Both the position numbers and the translations under genes were made by a program. DNA of 32,963 nucleotides from a virus (taxonomy: Duplodnaviria; Caudoviricetes). Of the stretch, positions 16,771-25,400 are shown in pieces. Position 1 is the first letter of the stretch, and each line of letters starts with the position of its first letter. The DNA is taken from positions 1 to 32,963 of the IMG/VR virus record IMGVR_UViG_3300027732_000073; one strand, given 5' to 3'. A model generated the notes under the pieces. The model saw only the letters and a program-made list of their open reading frames with translations, did not search any database and had not been told where the DNA came from.

Positions 16771-17774
16771 ATGACAGAAAGAACCAAAGCATTTTTATTA
16801 ACGGAGGCGCCGGCCGTGTACTCTGTTCAATACCTGCCTTAGAAAAATATGCTGAAGAAGTTGACAAAAATTTTATAGTTGTCTGCGAAGGCGGAACAGA
16901 TTTCTACAGAGGCCATCCAATACTGCATTCAAGATGCTATGATCATTGGCACAAGAATCTGTTTGAAGACAAGTTGGTTAATTGTGAGTTACTTACACCT
17001 GAGCCCTACCGAGTTTGGGAATATTTCAATCAAAAGTGCTCTATTGCACAAGCCTATGACATTGCCATAAATGGCAAAGGCATCAGAGAACTTCAACAGC
17101 CATTTTTAAAATTATCCAACGACGAATCTATAATGGGATTTAATATTGTCAAAGAAGTCAAAGAAAAAACAGGTAAGAAAAAAGTAGTTGTGGTGCAGCC
17201 ATTTGGCCGCGGTGTTAAAGCCGACAATAATATCATTTATGACCCTAGCGGAAGAAGCTTTGAAGGTGTACACGTAATTGAGATTGTGAAAAAATTGCAG
17301 AAAGCTGATATTGCAGTCATTGTAATGAGTGAACTAGGAATAGACTTTCAGAAACATGGTTGTAAAGATCCAGTAGCGATGCCACAAAATGTATCGTTGA
17401 GACAGTGGGCAGGCATCATTGGGCAAGCAGATTATTTCTTGGGTTGTGACTCAGTAGGGCAGCATTTAGCGGTGGCGTTAAACAAACCATTGTCTGTGGT
17501 GCTTGGTTCAACTTTCCCGATTAATGTCACTTACATGGACTACGATAAATTAGACATTTTAGATATGGGTGGTGAAGTGCGACAATATAGTCCAATTAGG
17601 ATTACCATGGACGATGTTGCAGATCGAGGCAACGACGGTATTATGAAAATGAATGACAAGATTGAAAGCACTATTGTAGAGTCTGTGATAAAAGGAATAG
17701 AAAAATTTCCTCTGCTTCAATCTACAACAGATGAAATCGCAGTAACATCTGCTCCTACTTGCCCAGCCTGCTAA
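16771..17774 (+). CDS. GT9-like (heptosyltransferase-type, GT-B) glycosyltransferase, ~334 aa, interrupted by an apparent 1-nt deletion in a T5 run at 16792-16796
   Basis: The ATG at 16771 (after AGGGA) reads MTERTKAF; the -1 frame continues INGGAGRVLCSIPALEKY...HP... into the called ORF 16974..17774. GT9-type motifs: GG.G...CSIP.L, VVVQPFG, SLRQWAGII..ADYFLGCDSVGQHLA.AL.KP. Confidence 0.75.
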
Positions 17775-17777
17775 TAA

Positions 17778-18704
17778 ATGAAAAGATTCTTTGCTTTTGG
17801 TTGTAGTTATACTAACTATGCATGGCCCACCTGGGCCAATTTGTTATCAACTAACTACGACGAATTTTACAATTGGGGTCTTGCAGGGCTAGGTAATAGA
17901 GCCATTGCCGAGCGTGTTGCTGAAGCCAATATCAAACATCAGTTTACCAAAGATGATCTAGTTATTGTGCAATGGAGTAGTCACTTGCGCAATGATTGGT
18001 GGCATAAGTACAGTTGCTCAGACAGACCCTATCAATGGAAAACCAGCGGTAGTATATTCAACTATATCAACGAAAAAATCTATGATGACAAATGGGTAGA
18101 GATGTTCTTTTATGAACCTGCCTATTTCATGCATACCTTAAATCACATTTCATTAACTCAGGGTTTGTTAAAATCTATAGGTTGCGAATGGTATATGTCC
18201 AGTATGGGTGATATAAGGAACCTAGGTGCCGATTTAAGGAACCATGCAGATTATGGCGAACTGGGGCACATTCCCACGCCCGGTGATGTCAACGTTGATA
18301 TGTTGGCATGGGAAAAAATTCCAGAGCTGGCTATATATAACAAACCAATTTGGGAAGATAATCAAAATCACTGGCTCATGCCCATGGAGACCCATGCACA
18401 GCTACATAAAGAACATACCTACAAGTACATAGACGATGCCCGCGGCGGCACTAAACAATTCACAGATGATTTTCATCCCACGCCAAGGCAACATGCTCTA
18501 TGGATTGAAAGTCAACTGACCGACCGTTTAAGTTTATCAAAAGAGACTATGGCGTTGGCCTTCAGCATAGCTGATCGAGTTGACGATCACTTTGATAAAT
18601 TTAAATTTAGCAAAATGCAGTTTACAGAAAAATTATTTTCTAATGATTTTTTTGAAAAGAAATATGAAAAAATGAAGTGGCCGACATGGATAATGGGATT
18701 TTAA
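17778..18704 (+). CDS. SGNH/GDSL-like hydrolase or acyltransferase, paralogue 1
   Basis: Block I-like FGCSYT, block II-like NWGLAGLGN, VIVQWS and block V-like DDFHPTP. Confidence 0.6.
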   Translation: MKRFFAFGCSYTNYAWPTWANLLSTNYDEFYNWGLAGLGNRAIAERVAEANIKHQFTKDDLVIVQWSSHLRNDWWHKYSCSDRPYQWKTSGSIFNYINEKIYDDKWVEMFFYEPAYFMHTLNHISLTQGLLKSIGCEWYMSSMGDIRNLGADLRNHADYGELGHIPTPGDVNVDMLAWEKIPELAIYNKPIWEDNQNHWLMPMETHAQLHKEHTYKYIDDARGGTKQFTDDFHPTPRQHALWIESQLTDRLSLSKETMALAFSIADRVDDHFDKFKFSKMQFTEKLFSNDFFEKKYEKMKWPTWIMGF

Positions 18705-18705
18705 T

Positions 18706-19623
18706 ATGAAACGGTTGTTTACATTTGGTTGTAGCTATACCAGCTATTCTTGGCCTTCTTGGGCTAATTTGTTGTCTATTGACTATGACGAATTTTATAA
18801 TTGGGGATTGGCCGGGCTAGGAAATAGAGCCATTGCCGAACGAGTAATAGAAGCACACCAGCGACATACATTTACCAAAGATGACTTAATTATTATACAG
18901 TGGAGCAGTCACCTACGCAATGATTGGTTTCATGAGCATAGTTTACCCGAAAGGCGCAGTAATTGGAAAACAGCTGGTAGCATTTTTAATTATCTAAATC
19001 AACCCATTTACGATCAAAAATGGGTTGATACATTTTTCTATGAGCCAGCATATCTCATGCATACTCTAAACAACATAGGCCTAACTCAGGGATTTTTAAA
19101 ATCTATAGGGTGCGAATGGTACATGACCAGTATAGGAGATATACGAGACATGGGGGACGATTTTAGAGATTCTCCAGGTGCCGGCGAAAAACGTATCTAT
19201 AATAATCCTAAAACTAATACTGGGTTTACATGGGATAAACTTGCCACCAATTTAAAAATATATGAAGAAAAAATATGGAATGACCATACTACCCACTGGC
19301 TTACCCCGTTAGAACTTGTGGCAAAGCAGCATCTAGATTTGACTTTTGAATTTGACGATACTAATATGCCAGGGGGAAAGTTTTTTGATATACATCCTTC
19401 ACCACATCAAAGCGTTATATGGATAGAACAAGAACTAAAAGACAAGCTAGAATTAACAGACGCTACACTAACTGCTGTCAAAGAATTTGCAGATAATATA
19501 CACGACTTACAAAAAAGAATGACTTTTGATAAGATAGCATTCGAACTCACATTGGCCAAAAGAATAGACTGGCCCAGCTCAGTAAATCATATGGTCTGGC
19601 CCACTTGGGCTAATGGATTTTAA
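18706..19623 (+). CDS. SGNH/GDSL-like hydrolase or acyltransferase, paralogue 2
   Basis: FGCSYT, NWGLAGLGNRAIAERV, QWSSHLRNDW and DIHPSP. Clear tandem duplicate of the upstream gene. Confidence 0.6.
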   Translation: MKRLFTFGCSYTSYSWPSWANLLSIDYDEFYNWGLAGLGNRAIAERVIEAHQRHTFTKDDLIIIQWSSHLRNDWFHEHSLPERRSNWKTAGSIFNYLNQPIYDQKWVDTFFYEPAYLMHTLNNIGLTQGFLKSIGCEWYMTSIGDIRDMGDDFRDSPGAGEKRIYNNPKTNTGFTWDKLATNLKIYEEKIWNDHTTHWLTPLELVAKQHLDLTFEFDDTNMPGGKFFDIHPSPHQSVIWIEQELKDKLELTDATLTAVKEFADNIHDLQKRMTFDKIAFELTLAKRIDWPSSVNHMVWPTWANGF

Positions 19624-19632
19624 AGGAACATA

Positions 19633-21444
19633 ATGAAAAAAGATATTTGGATTGCAGCACTTGCTCGAGGACACAACAGTAGTGTTTGTCTACTAAAAAA
19701 CGGTGAAATTATATTTTCAATTGAAGAAGAAAGATTGAGTCGTAACAAATATGATGGTGGCCCTTATGCTGCAATGCTTAAGATACTAGACTATACTGAT
19801 AAAATTGATTATCTTGTGATAGCACACACTCAGAGCCTACAGGAAACTGCCGGTAGAGTTGATTTCAGTGGCGATGATATCTATACTGGACTAGCAAGAA
19901 AATTAGGATTAATCAATAGAAAAGAAAATCCCTACAAACATCCACAGGTAATTGATCTCAGTCACGTACATCATAAATTACATGCAGCCTGTGCATTTTA
20001 TAGATCAGGATTTGATCAAGCAGTGGCATTAATTGTAGACGGTGCTGGTACTTTTATACCTCTAAATATCAACGGCGATCAACTTGTTGGTTGGGAAACT
20101 GAAAGCATTTATGACTGTAAATATCCTTCAAGTTTTCAAACAGTCTATAAACATATTGGCCTTAGAGGCCCAAATGCCGGGGCACTAGTTAAGAATTTTG
20201 ACAGCGAGATTTACGACGAACCTGGACAAACACACGAAGCACTGATTACAGATCGTGCAGGAATTACCAAAGTATACGAAGCTGTAACTCAGTACTGTGG
20301 ATGGTCTGGAATCGAAGCAGGAAAAACTATGGGACTATTTCCATACGGAAAAGAAAATTCAAACATTCCTAGATTATTCGATGACGCAGGAATAGCGCCA
20401 TTGGCCAATAGAAACCTCACTGTACCGACATATCCAAACGGTGCGGTAATAAACGCTGAATTATTTTCGTATCTTAGTAACGATGCTACGCAGATGGCTT
20501 GGGGAGATAGCAAGGACGTTACCTATTTGGACAATCGTAGAGATCTAGCATATGCTTGTCAAACACAGACTCAAGCACAGGTGTTGCGATTAATTCGAAA
20601 AGCTGTAGAAATGACTGGTCAAAAGAAAGTAGTTATCAGCGGTGGGTACGGATTAAACTGCGTAGCAAATTACTGGTATCTCCAACATTTAAAAGATGAT
20701 GGAATTGAAATTTATGTAGAACCTATTTCAAATGATGCTGGCACAGCCATTGGTGCAGCATTGATGTTTTACAAAGGTATAGAACCGCAATCTAATATAG
20801 ATTATTCAAAAGATGGTTTATATTTAGGGTTTAAATACAACTACACAGAATTAGATATTGCAGCCTTTGAACAATCACATGGCGCCGAAATCATAGATGC
20901 CACTGATAAAGACATCGTGGACTTGCTAACCAACAAACATATTGTTGCATTCTTTCAAGGACGTTCAGAAAACGGTCCTAGAGCACTGGGCAATAGAAGC
21001 ATTTTGTTTGATCCAAGAGTTGCTGACGGCAAAGATTTTGTCAACAGTGTGAAAAACCGTGAGTATTTCCGTCCATTTGCAGGCAGTATCTTGCAGGAGC
21101 ATGTGCATGAATGGTTTGATTTGCGTGGAATGAAAGACACACCTCACATGATGTATGCAGTAAATTGTCAACCAGGCATTGAAGAAAAAATTCCTAGCAT
21201 CATACACATTGATGGAACCTGCCGTATTCAAACAGTGACTGCCAAGCAGAATCAGCATTATTACAGTCTTATCAATGAGTTCTATAATGCTACAGGTTGC
21301 CCAATAATTTTTAACACCAGTTTCAATCTAGGAGGCGATCCGTTGGTTGAAACCTTGTTTGATGCTGTGGAAACATTGGCCAAAAGCAAAATTGAATATC
21401 TCTATTTGCCTGAGTATGGAAAACTGCTAAAAATTAGCAACTAA
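19633..21444 (+). CDS. Carbamoyltransferase, NodU/CmcH/TobZ family
   Basis: All hallmark motifs are present: EEERLSR.K, HH..HA, DGAG, GKTMGL, SGG..LNCVAN, D.G.AIG, GRSE.GPRALGNRSIL, K.RE.FRPFA, H.DGT.R.QTV, NTSFN..G.P. AAGGA Shine-Dalgarno. Confidence 0.93.
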   Translation: MKKDIWIAALARGHNSSVCLLKNGEIIFSIEEERLSRNKYDGGPYAAMLKILDYTDKIDYLVIAHTQSLQETAGRVDFSGDDIYTGLARKLGLINRKENPYKHPQVIDLSHVHHKLHAACAFYRSGFDQAVALIVDGAGTFIPLNINGDQLVGWETESIYDCKYPSSFQTVYKHIGLRGPNAGALVKNFDSEIYDEPGQTHEALITDRAGITKVYEAVTQYCGWSGIEAGKTMGLFPYGKENSNIPRLFDDAGIAPLANRNLTVPTYPNGAVINAELFSYLSNDATQMAWGDSKDVTYLDNRRDLAYACQTQTQAQVLRLIRKAVEMTGQKKVVISGGYGLNCVANYWYLQHLKDDGIEIYVEPISNDAGTAIGAALMFYKGIEPQSNIDYSKDGLYLGFKYNYTELDIAAFEQSHGAEIIDATDKDIVDLLTNKHIVAFFQGRSENGPRALGNRSILFDPRVADGKDFVNSVKNREYFRPFAGSILQEHVHEWFDLRGMKDTPHMMYAVNCQPGIEEKIPSIIHIDGTCRIQTVTAKQNQHYYSLINEFYNATGCPIIFNTSFNLGGDPLVETLFDAVETLAKSKIEYLYLPEYGKLLKISN

Positions 21445-21448
21445 AAAA

Positions 21449-21482
21449 CACAATCGTTGATCATGGACCGATAACGATTGTG
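21449..21482. other. Intergenic stem-loop (10-bp perfect arms CACAATCGTT/AACGATTGTG), possibly a minus-strand terminator or a regulatory hairpin
   Basis: Inverted repeat directly after the carbamoyltransferase stop. It is preceded by A6 (a U-tract on the minus strand) and has no U-tract on the plus strand. Confidence 0.6.
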
Positions 21483-21489
21483 CTAAATA
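21483..21489 (+). promoter_or_regulatory. Putative late promoter variant (CTAAATA)
   Basis: TAAATA core 23 nt upstream of the ATG at 21513, where structural genes resume. Confidence 0.5.
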
Positions 21490-21512
21490 CACAGTAAAAC
21501 AAACGGAGCACC

Positions 21513-21902
21513 ATGGATTTTTCAACGTATTTTCTACCAGGACTGAACGGCACGCTGAGATTCAACAACGGCGTTAACCTCAGCTACAAGGGCCCTTGGG
21601 CGGCTGTGTTGCCCAACACGGTGATAGATGAATTCTATGTGGGCGATTTTATGGCTGCAGAATACACCATCTGTGTTGACGGCGGCAACATCAATAAAGA
21701 AATTGTTAAATGCCTAGTGGTAGCTGGACCATCAGAGGCTGCGGTCACTGTGTACGGTCGAACTTCATTGCAGCAAGACATGATTTCGTTGAGTGCTTCA
21801 GTAGACAATTCTAGGTTGTCATTGACAGCATCCCCAATGAGTGCAGGGGCTAAAAAGCTCATATTCAGTGTGACCTATTATCATACCATAAATGAACTGT
21901 AA
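21513..21902 (+). CDS. Hypothetical small beta-rich virion protein (129 aa)
   Basis: GGAG Shine-Dalgarno. The IDEF....F.AAEY.I.V......EI...LV......V.VYG pattern resembles phage fibre-type beta-sandwich domains. Confidence 0.65.
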   Translation: MDFSTYFLPGLNGTLRFNNGVNLSYKGPWAAVLPNTVIDEFYVGDFMAAEYTICVDGGNINKEIVKCLVVAGPSEAAVTVYGRTSLQQDMISLSASVDNSRLSLTASPMSAGAKKLIFSVTYYHTINEL

Positions 21903-21911
21903 GAGGACACT

Positions 21912-22427
21912 ATGCCAGTAGAATTTACTCCATTTAAATCAGACACGGGTTTTGCAAGTCCAGGATTTGTTGTAGACATCCAGGGCAATGTGCTGCTGGA
22001 CAACAACATCACTATTGAAGGCAACGCCACAGTCAACGGCATACTGATTGCGGAAAATGTACAGTTTGGTGGAGCAAATTTTTCGTTCAATATAATAGAA
22101 AATGATGATTCTGTGATTTCTCTGTCACCCATCATTACCAACAGCAATCTACGCAATCTCGGAGTACTTGAAAGATTGGAAGTGGACGGCGATGTACTCA
22201 TTGGTATAGCTTCCACAAACTTTATCACCATTGACAATGGATCAGTGGTCATCAGCAGCAGCTCCACCGGAAATTTAGACAACATGGAAATAGGTGCTAA
22301 CACACCTGCTGACGCAGCATTTATCACCGCAGCGTCAACTGACCAGCCCACGGTGGCTGCACATCTCACACGCAAGGACTACGTTGATTCACGAGTCACT
22401 GCATTTTCAATAGCATTTGGGGCATAA
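21912..22427 (+). CDS. Hypothetical virion fibre-like protein (171 aa)
   Basis: GAGGA Shine-Dalgarno, fibre-type motifs (I..SNL..LG.L..L.V.G; G.LDN..IGA.TP) and a C-terminal HLTRKDYVD...AFSIAFGA. Confidence 0.65.
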   Translation: MPVEFTPFKSDTGFASPGFVVDIQGNVLLDNNITIEGNATVNGILIAENVQFGGANFSFNIIENDDSVISLSPIITNSNLRNLGVLERLEVDGDVLIGIASTNFITIDNGSVVISSSSTGNLDNMEIGANTPADAAFITAASTDQPTVAAHLTRKDYVDSRVTAFSIAFGA

Positions 22428-22439
22428 GGACAAACTACA

Positions 22440-25400
22440 ATGGCAAAAAAGAAACTATTTAATTATGTGTTTGAACCCGGAGTAAGCAAAGACACCAACG
22501 CTTTCCCGCAAGCACATGCTTTGTTGGTTGGCAACAAAGCATTTATTCAAGCACAGGTAGTGGCCTTTATCAATTACAATGTGACCAATGGCATCGCACC
22601 CTATGTGGGCTATGTATATGCTCCTTCTAAATGTGTGCGCGATGTGGGCTATTTTATTGACGCTATTGCACATGATTTGAGATACGGCGGCAATGTGAAA
22701 ATTAGACAGGTGGCTGATTATTTTCACATCAATGGTAATCCCATGATTCGAGGGGACGTTACTCCGGAGATAACTGGTCAACAATATATCCGAGATATAT
22801 TAAACAATTTTATTTTCAACAACAATCCAGTGACTCCTGACTATGGTCAAACCACAGTGTCACAGTTTACCAACCTAGCCAGTGGCGAGCAAGGCGCAGC
22901 TACACGGATCACCAGCGAATTCGCCATACTTGGCAATGTGATTACAAACGGTCCCACAGCCATGCCAGCCAAAGTACCAGGAGTCAGCAGTCTACGACTC
23001 AACGGTAATTACTTGCCTAGTGAAATGTTGTTGATTACCAACACCAACACTGGTGAAATTTTATACAATTTTGCTGACCCGGCCAATACCATTGCATTTG
23101 AATACAAACAGGGCCGCAGCAGTGGCGACGGAGAACTACTGAGTGATTTGGACTTGCCTTCATGGTGGCAAACCACAGACACTATTACCACAATTAATAT
23201 GTCTACAAACACGGCTGCACTCACAGTCACAACTGATCTGCAGATATTTGTTGAAGAAGCCAACACGCAGATTAGACCCTGGGACTTTGGCACAGACGCC
23301 ATTGAACGTATGCGTGTGGCTGCACCACAGGCCATGTTGGATGCTGACTTTGAATATGGTCTTCAACCAACCAAATGGCAAGCATTGGGTCTGCTGAGAA
23401 GTTATCCTAGTTTTTACGAAGTGCCGGCCACCGACATGTCGGTTAATGCCATCACCACTGACATCTCAGCTACTACTGGATTTTTTGGATCAAGTTTAAT
23501 CACAGTGTCATCCAACGGATCACATGGATTCAGTGTAGGCACACCTATCACCGTAAAAGGCCTTAACGGCAGTGTCAACGGATTCAGCAGAGCTGAAGGT
23601 ACTTTTTTCGTCAATGCTGTGATCAACGCAGCCACGTTTAACTATTATGCTTCAGCCAAAGTGGGTGTAACCAGCAATGAAAGTTTGTTCACATCTTTTG
23701 TACAGATAAGACAGGCAAACTTTTTTACTGGTGCGCAAATTGGCAGTCCCACTTATTCTGTCAGCAGCAACGGATCAGCCAGCCTTATTGCGTCAATTTT
23801 CAGTTCAGCTGCCACACAATCAAGAATTGCCTATATAGGCACTGCACCCACAGTGGGATCACCGATCACTGGTAGTGCATTTATACCTGCTGGCACTTCT
23901 GTGTCAGCATTGAGTGGGGCTGCTGTAATCACTGCCAATGCCAAAGTCAATATTACACCCACTGACACTGCTATACAGTTGGTCAGCTACACTGGAGTGG
24001 TAGCTGGCATGGCATTTGACAATGGCAGTGGATCTGCCATCTACATCAACAGCATTGCTAGCGGCATAGCCAATTTGTCAGCACAGTGTGGATTGACCAA
24101 ACAAGGTGCTGATGCCAGTTATGCAGGAGTCACTGGCACAGTGGTAGCTGCTACAGGATCAGGAGCCACATTTGATGTGAGTCGCAGCAACGGTGTGTAT
24201 ACTGTAACAGATAGTCAAGACAGTTCTTCCAACGGTATCAACTATGCACAGGGCGATCAAATATTGATTGAGGGCAATCAATTGGGTGGTGCTATTCCAG
24301 CCAACGACATTGTGATCACTGTGGGCGCAATTGACAGTGGCGGTGCTATTGCAGGGTTTACCTTTACAGGCACAGCAATCACTGGCGGAGCCACATATAC
24401 AGCAGTGTCGTCGACCTCAACCACCAGCACTCTAGGCGCTGGTGCCACAGTCACAGTGATACGCGAAGGCGGCAGTGGCGCATATACCATTGGCCTGGCC
24501 AATGGAGGCACCGATTTTGTCCCAGGTGATACTATAACCTGGGCTGGCACATCATTTGGTGGTGCCACCCCAGCCAATGACATTGTGCTACAAGTTAACG
24601 GTGTTACCGCAGGTGCTGTGGTAGACTTTGAAGTTGTGGGCACAGCTATTGGAGATAACGGTGATGCAACATACACCACTCCTACAACCAACAACGTGGC
24701 TAATCTTGGCACAGCAGCGGTATTCACAGTAGAAAGCATTTCATCCAACTACACAGCATTAATTACCAATGGCGGCAGTGGTTACAAACAGGGCAACAGA
24801 ATCACAGTGTTGGGTACAGCATTGGGTGGTACCAGCCCATTAAACGATGCAGAGTTGACTGTTACCAATGTCACATCAGGTGCAATATTTGCTGTGTCAG
24901 GACAGGGCACACCATTCGGTGGCGACAGTTTTGACATATATCCATCCTTGACACTGAGTGAAGTATTGACTGGAGTGCTGCCCACAGCCACATCGCTGAG
25001 CGTGGGAGCTATTGCTACTGTGCAGGTAGATTTTGCCAGCAAGCACGGACTGGTTCCTGGAGCCACCATACTGGCCAATATCACTTCAACACCGGCACCA
25101 GAACTTGCTGCCACATTGAGCAGTTTGCCCAGCAGCGGCACATGGGTGGACGTGGTAGGCTACGATGGCACATTCATTGCAGTCAAAAGCGGCAGTACAG
25201 AATCAGCAGTGTCTTTCAACGGCACTTCGTGGACCGCAGGTGGCACGCTGGGTGCTAGCACTACCTGGTCCAGTATTGCTGCCGGATTAGTAGGTGGCAC
25301 TGTGTTTTGGGTAGCTGTGGCCACAGGCGGTAGTCAATCATCTCGCAGCACCAATAACGGTACCACCTGGACTGCGGCCAGCAATTTGCCTAGTAGCGGC

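Noticed and set aside
16974-16976. TTG start for the glycosyltransferase
   Set aside because: The GT9 N-terminal motif lies upstream in the same frame. The true start is probably ATG 16771 with a frameshift.
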